From positions 2,368,001 to 2,432,000 of the forward strand of contig CAVOFT010000001.1 of the NCBI GenBank assembly GCA_963695095.1: DNA of 64,000 bases, read 5' to 3'. The notes under the pieces were generated by a model. That model saw nothing but the letters and a program-made list of their open reading frames with translations, made no database searches and was not told where the DNA came from. The translations under genes were made by a program, and so were the position numbers. This document shows positions 1 through 9,718 of this stretch, piece after piece. This stretch comes from an uncultured bacterium. GTDB taxonomy: Bacteria > Krumholzibacteriota > Krumholzibacteriia > JACNKJ01. Position 1 is the stretch's first letter; each line of letters begins with the position of its first letter.

Positions 1-282
1 GAAGTGGCCGGCCTGCCGATCCTGCTCAGGCACGAGCCCTGGACGACGGCCGAGCTGGCCCTCGCCCCCGCCGCGCTCTTCCTCCACGGACACAGCCACC
101 GCCAGCGCCTGGAGCGCATCGGCCGGGCCTGGGTCTGCTGTCCGGGCGCCATCGAACGGCCCCGCGGCGGCGAGCCGGCCAGCTACGGGCTGCTCGAGGT
201 GGAGCCGGCGATCCTGCGCATCGCCATCTGCGCCCTGGCGGACGGGCGCCTCCTGCGCCGCGAGGCCTGGCCCCGGGCCTGA
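1..282 (+). CDS. Metallophosphoesterase (YfcE-like), C-terminal fragment, 5'-truncated
   Basis: LRHEP ... FLHGHSH ... CPGA resembles the GHTH ... NPGS motifs of YfcE-type phosphoesterases; the ORF runs off the window edge. Confidence 0.6.
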   Translation, partial: EVAGLPILLRHEPWTTAELALAPAALFLHGHSHRQRLERIGRAWVCCPGAIERPRGGEPASYGLLEVEPAILRIAICALADGRLLRREAWPRA

Positions 283-464
283 ACTTCCTTGCCGAGGGCC
301 GGGATTGCCTGGCGCCCTCGGCGCCGGAGCCGCGCTGGGGTAGTCCGGGGCACGATCGGGAAGCGGAGCGCGGCCCGGTCCTTGCTGCGCCCTTCCCGGA
401 TGGAATCGGGCCCGGGCGCACAGGAATGACCCTCCCGCGCCCCGGCTCCCCGAGGAGGCCGAGC

Positions 465-896
465 ATGAGCCAGCACGCCACCGTTCGCCAGCGCGGCAGC
501 GCCCAGGCAAGGGAGCTCCGCGACGCCTTGCTCGCCCTGCGCCGTGAGCAGGGGCTCCTGGTCACCGAATTGGTCTGGAACGAGATGCGCGCCCGGGAGA
601 TCCGCGAACAGCTCACGAGGCAGACGCCATCGCCCGCCGAGCGGCGGGCCCTGGAGCGGGATCTCCACCGCCGCCTCGAGTTGGTACGCGCCCTCGCGCG
701 CTGGGAGCAGGCGGCCGACCGCAGCTACGGTCGCCAGTGGGAGCTCCTGGCGAAGCTCCGCGCCGAGGACCCGGGCCTGACGGCCGCGCTGCCCGCTGTC
801 GACGAAGCGCTGGCCCAGCGGAGTCTGGAGGCGATCGCCCGCGCGGCGGCGCGGGAACTCGGCCTGTCCCTCGACGGCGGCGTCGATGGCTGCTGA
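465..896 (+). CDS. Hypothetical alpha-helical protein (143 aa)
   Basis: GAGGAGG at 452-458 before ATG 465; Leu/Arg/Glu-rich amphipathic sequence; followed by a hairpin. Confidence 0.65.
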   Translation: MSQHATVRQRGSAQARELRDALLALRREQGLLVTELVWNEMRAREIREQLTRQTPSPAERRALERDLHRRLELVRALARWEQAADRSYGRQWELLAKLRAEDPGLTAALPAVDEALAQRSLEAIARAAARELGLSLDGGVDGC

Positions 897-928
897 GCGA
901 GCCGCCGGCCGACCCGCCTGGAAACGCG

Positions 929-958
929 AAACCTCCGCGGCCGCAGGCCGGGAGGTTT
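929..958. terminator. Hairpin between convergent genes, probable terminator
   Basis: Inverted repeat AAACCTCC...GGAGGTTT between the 465-896 ORF and the tRNA 3' end. Confidence 0.55.
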
Positions 959-961
959 GGC

Positions 962-1047
962 GGTGCCCGGGGCGAGACTTGAACTCGCACGAACTTTCGT
1001 TCACTGCCCCCTCAAGACAGCGTGTCTACCAATTCCACCACCCGGGC
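962..1047 (-). tRNA. tRNA-Leu (anticodon GAG)
   Basis: Minus strand reads GCCCGGGTGGTGGAATTGGTAGACACGCTGTCTTGAGGGGGCAG...GCGAGTTCAAGTCTCGCCCCGGGCACC; long variable arm; conserved position after secG. Confidence 0.95.
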
Positions 1048-1052
1048 TTCTG

Positions 1053-1484
1053 CTAGTTGCCCGCCGGCGCCGGGGTCGCCTCGCTCCCAGCGGGAGCCGC
1101 GCCCTCCGTCGCCTGCCCATCGGCCGCGGTCGCGGGGGCCGGTTCCGTCTGAATCTGTTCCTGGAGGGAAGGCCCCTCCTCCACGTTGTAGACGTCCAGC
1201 GCGCCCGACTGCTGGCGCTTGGCGATGACGCTCCCCTCGCCCTCCGGCGTGCGGGAGCGCGACGAGAGCACCGCCAGCAGGAGCGCCAGGGCCATGAACG
1301 AAGCGGCCAGCCAGACGGTCAGCTTCCCCAGGAAGGTGGCTGCGCTGCGCCCGCCCATGACGGAGCTGTCACTGCCGCCGCCGAAGGCGCCGGCCAGGCC
1401 GCCGCCCTTGCTCGACTGGAGCAGGACCACCACGATGAGGATCAGGCAGACCAGGATGAAAAGGGTCAGGAAAACGGCGTACAT
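1053..1484 (-). CDS. secG: Preprotein translocase subunit SecG
   Basis: VLLQSSKGGGLAGAFGGG motif, two TM helices, tpiA-secG-tRNA-Leu synteny. Confidence 0.95.
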   Translation of the reverse strand: MYAVFLTLFILVCLILIVVVLLQSSKGGGLAGAFGGGSDSSVMGGRSAATFLGKLTVWLAASFMALALLLAVLSSRSRTPEGEGSVIAKRQQSGALDVYNVEEGPSLQEQIQTEPAPATAADGQATEGAAPAGSEATPAPAGN

Positions 1485-1533
1485 GGGCCCTCACCTCAAG
1501 GGGAGTCGCTCGACGATACAGCAGGGAAGCCCC

Positions 1534-1562
1534 AAATTATCAAGAAGCTAGGGCGCTGTCAA
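1534..1562 (-). promoter_or_regulatory. Sigma70-type promoter for secG
   Basis: TTGACA-17 nt-TAATTT; the -35 box overlaps the tpiA stop codon. Confidence 0.6.
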
Positions 1563-2329
1563 GGTGCGGCGAAGGGCGGCACGAGGGCCAGGAAGGAGGC
1601 CGCCTGGAGGCTGGCGCCGCCGACCAGCACCCCGTCCACGTCGGGCAGGGCCAGCAGCTCCCGGACATTGTCGGGCTTGACGCTGCCGCCATAGAGGATG
1701 CGCAGGCCCGCCGCCAGAGCCTCGCCGTGGCCGGCCCGCAGGTGCGCTCGGATGGCCCCGTGCACCGCCTGGGCCTGCGCTGCCGTTGCCACCCGCCCGG
1801 TGCCGATGGCCCAGACCGGTTCGTAGGCCAGGGTGACCAGGGCGATCGCGGCGGCGTCCAGGCCGGCCAAGGACCCGTCCAGCTGGCCCAGGACCACGTC
1901 TTCCGTGCGGCCGGCCTCGCGCTCGGCCAGGGTCTCCCCCACGCAGACGATGGGCAGCAGGCCCGCCGCCAGGGCCGCCTTCGCCTTGGCGGCCACCCCG
2001 GCGTCGGTCTCCCCGAAGAGCTGACGCCGCTCGGAGTGGCCGAGGATCACCCAGCCGGCGCCGGCGGCACGCAGCATCGGACCGCTGATCTCGCCGGTGA
2101 AGGCGCCGGCCGGCTCGGCGTGGAGATTCTGGCCGGCCACTCCGATCGGCGCATCGCCGAGGGCGGCCACCACGGCCGGCAGGGCCAGGGCCGTCGGCGC
2201 GAGCACCAGATCCGCCGCCGGCTCCCGCGCGGCCATCCCGGCGGCCACCGCGTGGGCCAGGGCCGCCGCCTCAGGCGGCGCCAGGTTCATCTTCCAGTTG
2301 CCCGCGATCAGCGGGCGGCGATCGCTCAT
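1559..2329 (-). CDS. tpiA: Triosephosphate isomerase
   Basis: AGNWKMN, GHSERR, AYEPVWAIGTG, YGGSV, LVGGASL; ATG overlaps the pgk stop (ATGA). Confidence 0.97.
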   Translation of the reverse strand: MSDRRPLIAGNWKMNLAPPEAAALAHAVAAGMAAREPAADLVLAPTALALPAVVAALGDAPIGVAGQNLHAEPAGAFTGEISGPMLRAAGAGWVILGHSERRQLFGETDAGVAAKAKAALAAGLLPIVCVGETLAEREAGRTEDVVLGQLDGSLAGLDAAAIALVTLAYEPVWAIGTGRVATAAQAQAVHGAIRAHLRAGHGEALAAGLRILYGGSVKPDNVRELLALPDVDGVLVGGASLQAASFLALVPPFAAP

Positions 2330-3540
2330 ACCATCGCTTCCTTGGCGTCGCTGAGGGCCTCCACGCCGGGCAGGGCCTTGCCCTCCATGAACTCGAGGCT
2401 GGCGCCGCCGCCGGTGGACACATGGGTGAAGCGCTTGGCGAGCTTGAGCTGGGTGACGGCCGCCACGGAATCGCCCCCGCCTACCACGGTGATCGCACCC
2501 TGGCTCGTGGCCTCGGCCAGCGCCTTGGCCAGGCTGAGGGTGCCGCGCGAGAACTTGGGCACCTCGAAGACGCCCATCGGTCCGTTCCAGAAGATGGACT
2601 TGGAGGCCTGCACGACCTGCGTGTAGAGGTCCACCGTCTTGGGTCCGATGTCCAGACCCATCCAACCCTCGGGGATGTCCGTGGGCAGCACGATCTGGGT
2701 ATCGGCGTCGTCGCTGATCTCGCGCGCGACGACGATGTCGACGGGCAGCAGGATCTCGCGCTTGCTCTCCTTGGCGCTGCGGATGGTCTTCAGGGCGGTC
2801 TCCAGCATGCTCGCATCGACGAGGCTCTTGCCCACCCCCAGGCCCAGGGCCTTGAAGAAGGTGAAGGCCATGCCGCCGCCGATCATCAGCGTGTCCAGAT
2901 GCTCCAGCAGATTGCGGATGACCGGGATCTTCGTGCCCAGCTTGGCGCCGCCCAGGAGCGCCGAGGCCGGCCGCTCGGGCTCGCTGAGCAGCTGGCCCAG
3001 GTAGCTCAACTCCCGTTCCATCAGCAGGCCGGCGGCCCGGAACTCGAAGTGGCGCGTCATGCCCTCCGTGGAGGCATGGGCGCGATGCGCCGTGCCGAAG
3101 GCGTCGTTGACGTAGAGGTCGGCCAGGGCCGCCAGCTCGGCGGCGAACTCCGCGCTGTTGGCTTCCTCGCCGGGGTGGAAGCGCAGGTTCTCGAGCATGA
3201 GCACGCTGCCCTTGCGCATCTGGGCAACGGTCTCCTGCACTTCGCGACCGACGCAGTCGCGCGCGAAGCGGACGGGCGCGTCGATCAGCTCGGCCAGTCG
3301 ATCGGCCACGGGCGAGAGGCTGTAGACAGGCGCTACCTTGCCATCCGGCCGGCCCAGGTGGCTGCCGAGGACGAGAATGGCTCCGCGCTCGAGCAGGAGG
3401 CGCAGCGTGTCCAAAGACGCGCGAATTCGCGTGTCGTCGGCAACTTCCTGGCGGTCGTTGAGGGGGACATTGAAGTCCACCCGCACGAACACCTTCTTCC
3501 CGGCTACATCCAGGTCGCGAACGGACAGCTTTGAGAGCAT
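2326..3540 (-). CDS. pgk: Phosphoglycerate kinase
   Basis: RVDFNVP, LENLRF, DAFGTAHRAHAS, HVSTGGGASLE; start at MLSKLSVRDL. Confidence 0.97.
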   Translation of the reverse strand: MLSKLSVRDLDVAGKKVFVRVDFNVPLNDRQEVADDTRIRASLDTLRLLLERGAILVLGSHLGRPDGKVAPVYSLSPVADRLAELIDAPVRFARDCVGREVQETVAQMRKGSVLMLENLRFHPGEEANSAEFAAELAALADLYVNDAFGTAHRAHASTEGMTRHFEFRAAGLLMERELSYLGQLLSEPERPASALLGGAKLGTKIPVIRNLLEHLDTLMIGGGMAFTFFKALGLGVGKSLVDASMLETALKTIRSAKESKREILLPVDIVVAREISDDADTQIVLPTDIPEGWMGLDIGPKTVDLYTQVVQASKSIFWNGPMGVFEVPKFSRGTLSLAKALAEATSQGAITVVGGGDSVAAVTQLKLAKRFTHVSTGGGASLEFMEGKALPGVEALSDAKEAMV

Positions 3541-3666
3541 GGGGCGCTTTCCTTCGCTGTGGACTGCGCCGCTCTGCCCAGGCGGGACGGCGGGCGCACT
3601 CCCGGTGCAGGATCGGGGCGCATCTCCGCACGGCGCGGCCGGGCCGCGCAGTGCGCAAGTGCGGAC

Positions 3667-3696
3667 AAGGTACTCAGGGCGGATTCGGCCTGTCAA
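3667..3696 (-). promoter_or_regulatory. Sigma70-type promoter for pgk-tpiA
   Basis: TTGACA-18 nt-TACCTT, overlapping the 3' end of comF. Confidence 0.55.
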
Positions 3697-4363
3697 GGGA
3701 GACCCCCGGCGCGAGAATCCTGGTCAATGCCATCGCGAGCAGTCGCCCCTGCGCGGTCTCGCCGAGCGCGGCCTGACAGGCGCAGAGCGTGGCGCCGGTC
3801 GTGGCCAGGTCATCGATGAGGATGAGACTGCCCGCGGCGGGCGGCTTGCCGCGGGTCCGAAATTCCGCCCCTGCGCGCGCCAGGCGCTCGCGCCGGCTCC
3901 GCCCCGCTTGCCGACCGGCGAAGGCGCGCCGGCCGAGCAGCCCGAGCACGCGCCCCTCGCCGAGCTGCCGCCTGAGCGCCACGGCGAGCAGTTCGCTCTG
4001 ATTGAAGCCGCGGCCCAGGCGCCGCGGCAGCGGCAGCGGCACCGGCAGGAAGGTCCAGGGCCGCGGCGGCGGGTCGAGGGCCAGTCGCCAGGCGAGGGCA
4101 TCGGCGAGCAGGGGCAGCGCGCCGTCGCGGCCGCCGTACTTGAGCCCCTTGATCAAACGGCGCACCACGAGATCCGGCGCCAGGGGCCAGAGCAAGGGCA
4201 GCGTCTCGTCGAGCAGGGTCCGCCCGCGCTCCCGCCGCAGGCCGGCCGCGCAGGCTCGGCACAGGGGCGCGAAGCGCCGCCAGTCGCCCGGCAGTTCGAC
4301 GGGTTCGCCGCAGGCCTGACAGAGGCTGGACAAGCAGGCGGCCAGCAGCGCCTTCCAGTGCAT
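3674..4363 (-). CDS. ComF family phosphoribosyltransferase-like protein
   Basis: N-terminal CxxC...CxxC, RGFNQSELLA, LIDDLATTGATL. Confidence 0.88.
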   Translation of the reverse strand: MHWKALLAACLSSLCQACGEPVELPGDWRRFAPLCRACAAGLRRERGRTLLDETLPLLWPLAPDLVVRRLIKGLKYGGRDGALPLLADALAWRLALDPPPRPWTFLPVPLPLPRRLGRGFNQSELLAVALRRQLGEGRVLGLLGRRAFAGRQAGRSRRERLARAGAEFRTRGKPPAAGSLILIDDLATTGATLCACQAALGETAQGRLLAMALTRILAPGVSLDRPNPP

Positions 4364-4398
4364 CGGGGACAGCTCCCGAATCGGGGAGGCAGGAGGAA

Positions 4399-5238
4399 TC
4401 AGGGGGATTCGGCCGCGTCGTTGAAGAGCGCGCTGCGCATGGCCGCCAGCGGCGCCGGCCGGCCCGTCCAGATCGCGAAGGAGGCCGCACCCTGGGCCAG
4501 GAGCATCTCGCGCCCGTCCGCGCCCCGCGCACCGGCCGCGCGACAGCGGGCGAGCCAGGGACTGGGGGTCGTGAGGAGATCCAGCACCGCGGGACGCTCG
4601 CCCTGCGCAGGCAAGGGCGGCAGGGGATCTGCCGGCGCGAGCCCCAGCGATGTGGCCTGGATGACGAGATCGTAGCCCGGCGGACAGCGGCCGTCGACGA
4701 GCGACGCCGCCTGCGCGCGCGGATCCGCGGGCGCCAGCTCCGCCAGCAGCCGGGCGCGGCGGGCCTCGTCCCGGTTCCAGATGCCCACGGTGGCCGCGCC
4801 CGCGGCCAGGCAGGCGGCCAGCGCGGCGCGGGCGGCTCCCCCCGCGCCGAGCAGGAAGACGCGAGCACCCGCCAGGCCGCCCGGCATGAGGGCCGCGGCG
4901 GCCTGCTGGCAGCCCGTGAAATCCGTGTTGTGGAGAGACCAGCCCCCGCCGGGCTCCCTGCGCAGGGTGTTCACCGCCCGCAGGGCGCGGGCCTCGGCGC
5001 TCGTCGCGGCGGCGCCGGCGGCCAGGAGCTGCCAAGCCACTTCCTTGAGCGGCAGCGTCAGGTTGAGTCCTCGGTAGCCGGCGGCGCCCAGCTGCGCCAG
5101 GCGCTCGCCCAGCGCCACGGCCGGACAGCGGATCGCCTCGTAGCTGCCCGCCAGGCCCAGCGCTGCCAGGGCCGCGTTCTGGAAGCGCGGCGAGAGCGAA
5201 TGGGCCACCGGATCGCCGAGGACGGCCAGTCGCAGCAT
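4399..5238 (-). CDS. aroE: Shikimate dehydrogenase
   Basis: GDPVAHSLSP, NLTLPLK, AVNT, NTD, GAGGAA, GREMLLAQG. Confidence 0.93.
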   Translation of the reverse strand: MLRLAVLGDPVAHSLSPRFQNAALAALGLAGSYEAIRCPAVALGERLAQLGAAGYRGLNLTLPLKEVAWQLLAAGAAATSAEARALRAVNTLRREPGGGWSLHNTDFTGCQQAAAALMPGGLAGARVFLLGAGGAARAALAACLAAGAATVGIWNRDEARRARLLAELAPADPRAQAASLVDGRCPPGYDLVIQATSLGLAPADPLPPLPAQGERPAVLDLLTTPSPWLARCRAAGARGADGREMLLAQGAASFAIWTGRPAPLAAMRSALFNDAAESP

Positions 5239-6035
5239 CAGTGCGCTCGCCGCCGCCGGCTGAGATGGAGCCAGAGCGCCGTCGCCACCAGTCCGATGCT
5301 GAGCCACTGGTTCACGCTGAGATTGGCGACCGTCATGGCATCCTCGTAGTAGCGGAACTGGTCCACGGTGAAGCGCTTGATCCCGTAGAGCAGCAGGAAG
5401 GCGGCGAAGGTGGCGCCCTCGTAGGGCCGCCGACGATCGAAGAGGAGGAGCAGGACGAGAATGACGAGGCCGCCGAAGGCCGAGTAGAGCTGGGCCGGGT
5501 GGATGGGCACGCAATCGCCGGCATGGACGTGGCCCGCGGCCAGCGACAGCGCCATGTGGGCCGCTTCGCTGTCGGCCGGGAAGCAGACGCCGAAGGGACC
5601 TGTCGTGGGCAGGCCGAAGCAGCAGCCGTTGAGGAAGCAGCCCAGGCGCGTGATCAGGAGGCCGAGGCCGAGGCTGGGCGCCATGACGTCGGCCATGCGC
5701 AGAAAGGGAACCCTGCGCTTGCGCAGGAAGAGCCCCGCGCTGAGGAAGCACAGCAGCAGGCCGCCGTAGAGGGTCAGACCGCCCTCCCACAGCGCGAAGA
5801 TGTGCCACCAGCGGCCGGCGTAGGCGTCCAGGTGGAAGATGACGAAGAAGAAGCGGGCGCCGACGATGGCGCTGATGATGAGCACCTGGAACAGGTCGAT
5901 CAGGTCGCGCTCGGCCACCCCGCGGGAGGCCGCACGCGCCCGGGCCAGGAGCAGGCCGAGGAAGAAGCTCAGGGCGAGCAGCGTGCCGTAGGCGTGCAGG
6001 GTTACCGGCCCCAGCTTGATCAGATCAGGATGCAC
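5238..6035 (-). CDS. lgt: Prolipoprotein diacylglyceryl transferase
   Basis: WEGGLTLYGG, RLGCFLNGCCFG, HPAQLY; GTG start with GAGGAG. Confidence 0.92.
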   Translation of the reverse strand: MHPDLIKLGPVTLHAYGTLLALSFFLGLLLARARAASRGVAERDLIDLFQVLIISAIVGARFFFVIFHLDAYAGRWWHIFALWEGGLTLYGGLLLCFLSAGLFLRKRRVPFLRMADVMAPSLGLGLLITRLGCFLNGCCFGLPTTGPFGVCFPADSEAAHMALSLAAGHVHAGDCVPIHPAQLYSAFGGLVILVLLLLFDRRRPYEGATFAAFLLLYGIKRFTVDQFRYYEDAMTVANLSVNQWLSIGLVATALWLHLSRRRRAH

Positions 6036-6101
6036 TTGACCTCCTCGCAGCGGAACTAGGCGCCAGCCTATCGCCGCGGCCGCGATGCCGCAAGCCCCGC
6101 T

Positions 6102-7403
6102 TCAATAGCGGTTCCAATTGCGGGCGATGTTCATCTGCAAGCCGAGCAGGAAGCTCGTCGACACGAGGACGCTGCCGCCGAAGCTCATGCCCGGCAAGGG
6201 AATGCCCGTCACGGGCGCGATGCCGATCGTCATCGCCACGTTGACGAAGACGTGGAAGAGCAGGTAGGCGCTCACCCCCACCGTGAGCAGTTGCGCAAAG
6301 GGACTGTGCGCCTTGCCGGCAAGGCGAAAGCCGCGCAGGATGATCCAGGCATAGAGGGACAGCAGCACCAGCGCGCCCAGGAAGCCGAACTCCTCGCCCA
6401 CGACCGAGAAGATGAAATCCGTGTGTCGAGCGGGCAGAAAGGCCAAGCCCTTCTGCGTGCCCTGGAGATAGCCCCTGCCGAGCAGCCCCCCCGAGCCGAT
6501 CGCCACCTTCGATTGGTAGATCTGGTAGCCGGCTCCCAGCGGATCCAGCTCCGTATCGAAGTAGACGAGGATGCGCTTCTGCTGGTAGGGCAGCAGGCCG
6601 TTCCAAACCTGGGGCACTGCCAGCCCGACCACGATGGCGGCAATGAGAAAGCCGCTGCGCTCGAGCAGGGACACCCGCGGCGACAGCAGCATCAACGCGA
6701 AGAGTCCAAGCATGAACAGCGCCCACAGCAGATGGACGAGCCCGAAGCCGTCGTGGCCCTGCGTCTCGCCGTAGAGCACGATGGCGCCGCTGATCATGGG
6801 TGCGGCCATGATGATCAGCCGGCGCAGGGACAGGCCTCGCCACAGGAGCATCGGAATCATCAGCCAGAGGAAGGTGATGGCCGTGCCCAGGTCAGGCTGC
6901 TTGAGCACGAGCAGGGTCGGCGGTAGCACGAGGGCAAGGACGATCAGTACCTGCGAGAGCCGGTCCGGATCGCCGCGGCGCCCCGCCAGGAAGGAGGCCA
7001 GCATCAGGATCATGCTCGCCTTGCAGAACTCCGAAGGCTGCACGCTGATCGGCCCCAGCACCAGCCAGCGCTGAGTGGCGCCCCGCATCGGCGGCAGCAC
7101 GAGCAAGAGCAGCAGCACCAGGATGCTGGCGCCGTAGAGCATCCAGCTGAAGTAGTCCTTGTAGACGCGGAAGGGCACCATGGCGCTGGCCAGCATGACC
7201 AGGCTGCCGAGCAGGGCCCAGAAGAACTGCCGCACGAAGAAGGCGCGGCTGATGCTGGCGGCGGGGCGCCCCGCGCCGAACTCGAAATCCCCACCTGGCG
7301 GCGAACTGACCGAGAAGAGCATGATCAGGCCGCAGCCCAGGATGAGCAGCCAGGGAATGAGGATGCTCGGTTCGATGCTCTGGCTGCTCAGCTTCAATCT
7401 CAT
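6102..7403 (-). CDS. rodA: Rod shape-determining protein RodA (SEDS family)
   Basis: QPSEFCK, QPDLGTA, GYQIYQSKVAIGSGG, HTDFIF, GIPLP; follows mrdA. Confidence 0.95.
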   Translation of the reverse strand: MRLKLSSQSIEPSILIPWLLILGCGLIMLFSVSSPPGGDFEFGAGRPAASISRAFFVRQFFWALLGSLVMLASAMVPFRVYKDYFSWMLYGASILVLLLLLVLPPMRGATQRWLVLGPISVQPSEFCKASMILMLASFLAGRRGDPDRLSQVLIVLALVLPPTLLVLKQPDLGTAITFLWLMIPMLLWRGLSLRRLIIMAAPMISGAIVLYGETQGHDGFGLVHLLWALFMLGLFALMLLSPRVSLLERSGFLIAAIVVGLAVPQVWNGLLPYQQKRILVYFDTELDPLGAGYQIYQSKVAIGSGGLLGRGYLQGTQKGLAFLPARHTDFIFSVVGEEFGFLGALVLLSLYAWIILRGFRLAGKAHSPFAQLLTVGVSAYLLFHVFVNVAMTIGIAPVTGIPLPGMSFGGSVLVSTSFLLGLQMNIARNWNRY

Positions 7404-9231
7404 GGCCGGGCCTCCACGGGCGCGCCTGGCCTGGTCCGGCGCAGCGGCGCCACATCGAGATGGAAGTGCGTCACGACCAGTTGCCTGAAGATGGGTGCGA
7501 TGCTGCTGCCGTGCTCACCGTGCTCGACGATCAGGGCGACGGCGATCTCCGGCTTGTCCGCCGGGGCATAGCCGCAGAAGAAGGCATGCTCCTTGCCGTG
7601 AGGGTTCTGGACCGTGCCCGTCTTGCCCGCGGTGGGGAAGTCGCGCAGGGCGCTGCCGGCGGCGGTGCCGCCGCCGCTGAGCACGTTCTCCATGCCTTGG
7701 CGCACGGTCGCCAGCGCCGCGAGGTCCAGGTGCAGGCGCTCGCCGCGGGCCGGCGAAAAGGGGATCACCGTGTTGCCGGCGACGTCTTCCACGTGGTGGC
7801 GCAGCCGGGGCACGGGCAGGAAGCCGCCGTTGGCCAGGGCGGCGTAGAGCCGCGCCATCTGGACGATGTTGACCAGGACCTCCCCCTGGCCAATGGCGAC
7901 ATTCCAGGAGGCCCCCGTCGACCAGCCGCGCTTGCCGTAGCGCTTGTCGTAGTAGGCCCGATCGGGGACGAGACCGCGAGCCTCGAGATCGAGATCCAGG
8001 CCGCTGGCCTGGCCCAGCCCGAAGCGGCGCGCCTCGTCGGCGATGCGATCCACCCCGAGGCGCTCGCCGAGCTGGTAGAAGTAGACATCGCAGCTGCGGG
8101 CGAGGGCCTCGACGGCGGCCAGGCTCCCGTGTCCGCGCTCCTCCCAGCAGCGGAAGACGCGGTTGCCCAGGCGCAGCCCCCCTGTGCAGCTGCGGAAGCG
8201 CGTCTCGCGGTCGATGATGCCCCGCTCCAGCCCGGCCAGGGTAACCAGGGGCTTGAAGGTGCTGCCCGGCGCGTAGGTGGCCTGCACCAGCCGATTGAAG
8301 AGCGGCTTGCCGGGGTCCTCGCTGAGTTCCCGCCAGAGGGCGGTGGGAATGCCTTCCACCAGTGCGTTCGGATCGTAGGCCGGCCGACTCGCGGCCGCCA
8401 GGATTTCGCCCGTGTGGACGTCCATGACGACGCCGGCGCCGGCGCCCCAGTAGGCCAGCGCGCTGTCCAGCTCGGCGCAGAGCGCGGCATCGAGGGTGAG
8501 CACCAGGGTCTGGCCCGGTTCCGGCGACAGGGACTGCACCGTCTCCAGCTCGGTGCCGCGGGCATCGACGAGGATCATCTCCTTGCCGTCGGTGCCACGC
8601 AGGAAGGGCTCGTAGATCTTCTCGAGGCCGGCGCGGCCGATCAGGTCGCCGGGGCGATAGGCACGGGCAGTGCGATCGTCCGGGATCAGCTCCTGCTCGC
8701 GCACCTCGCCGACGTAGCCCAGGATGTGAGCCAAGCCCGCCCCGGCCGGGTAGTAGCGGCACTGCCAATCGCGGAGAGCGAGGCCCGGCAGCTGCGGCAG
8801 CTCTTCCTCGAGACGGTGGATGGCCGCGCGGTCCAGGCTGGTCTCCAGCACCACCCGCGGCTGCTGGGTCGCCCCGGCCCAGCTCCACCGCGGCGGCGAG
8901 CTCGGCCTCGTCCCGGCCCATCAGCGCCGCCAGGCGGGTCAGCAGTCCCGGGTTGCGCTCCGGGCTGCGCGTCGCCACGCTGGCCTCGCAGGCGGCCTGA
9001 TTCCGGGCCAGGATGCGCGCCGTTGCGGTCGCGGATCAGGCCCCGCGGGGCGAGGATGCGCAGCTCGCGGAACTGGTTGTCCAGCGAGAGGCGCAGGTAG
9101 CCGCCCGCCGAGATGACCTGGATCTGGAAGAGGCGCAGCACGAGGATCGCGAACAGGATCGCCGCCAGCAGCATGATGCGCCGGGCGCGGTCCTGCTCGC
9201 GACCGTCGCTATACCCGCTGCGGCGGTTCAT
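7400..9231 (-). CDS. mrdA: Penicillin-binding protein 2 (two apparent frameshifts near 9015 and 8870)
   Basis: N-terminal TM plus APRGLIRDRNG in one frame; PGSTFK (SxxK), SCD and KTG in another; located in the mre cluster. Confidence 0.92.
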
Positions 9232-9718
9232 GGAGCAGGCGGGTTCCCTCCCGCAGCAGGTGGACGAGGAGGAGGAGGCCGGCATAGACAAGCGCCGTCA
9301 GCAGCGCGCCGAGCAGGGTGTAGCGACACCAGGCCCAGAAGGCGGCCGCAAGCGACCAGTCGCTGCGCGGCAGGAGGAAGATGGCCTGCCCACCGAGCAC
9401 GGCCACGGCCAGCAGGATGAGCCGCGTGCCCAGATCGTCGCGATTGACCTTCTCCCGCAGGTCGCCGACGGCATAGCCGACCACGGTGTAGGCGAGAGCG
9501 CTGCCACCGAGCACCGAGTAGTTGCCGAGATCCCGCAGGAGGCCGATCAGGAAGCCGTAGAGTGCGCCAGGGCTGCGCCCGCGGCGCAGCGCGATCCAGA
9601 ATACGACCAGGAAAGGGTAATCGACGCTGAGACCCCAGGGACGCAGCCAGCGCTCGGTGATCGGGTGGAAGAGGGCGAGCAGGATGAGGATCAGGAACTG
9701 GAAGCGGCTCTCGTTCAT
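9209..9718 (-). CDS. mreD: Rod shape-determining protein MreD
   Basis: Hydrophobic protein with GFLIGLLRD; between mreC and mrdA. Confidence 0.85.
   Translation of the reverse strand: MNESRFQFLILILLALFHPITERWLRPWGLSVDYPFLVVFWIALRRGRSPGALYGFLIGLLRDLGNYSVLGGSALAYTVVGYAVGDLREKVNRDDLGTRLILLAVAVLGGQAIFLLPRSDWSLAAAFWAWCRYTLLGALLTALVYAGLLLLVHLLREGTRLLHEPPQRV

Noticed and set aside
2326..2329. Possible PGK-TPI fusion by programmed frameshift, as in Thermotoga
   Set aside because: It is an ordinary ATGA overlap with no slippery run visible at the pgk end.
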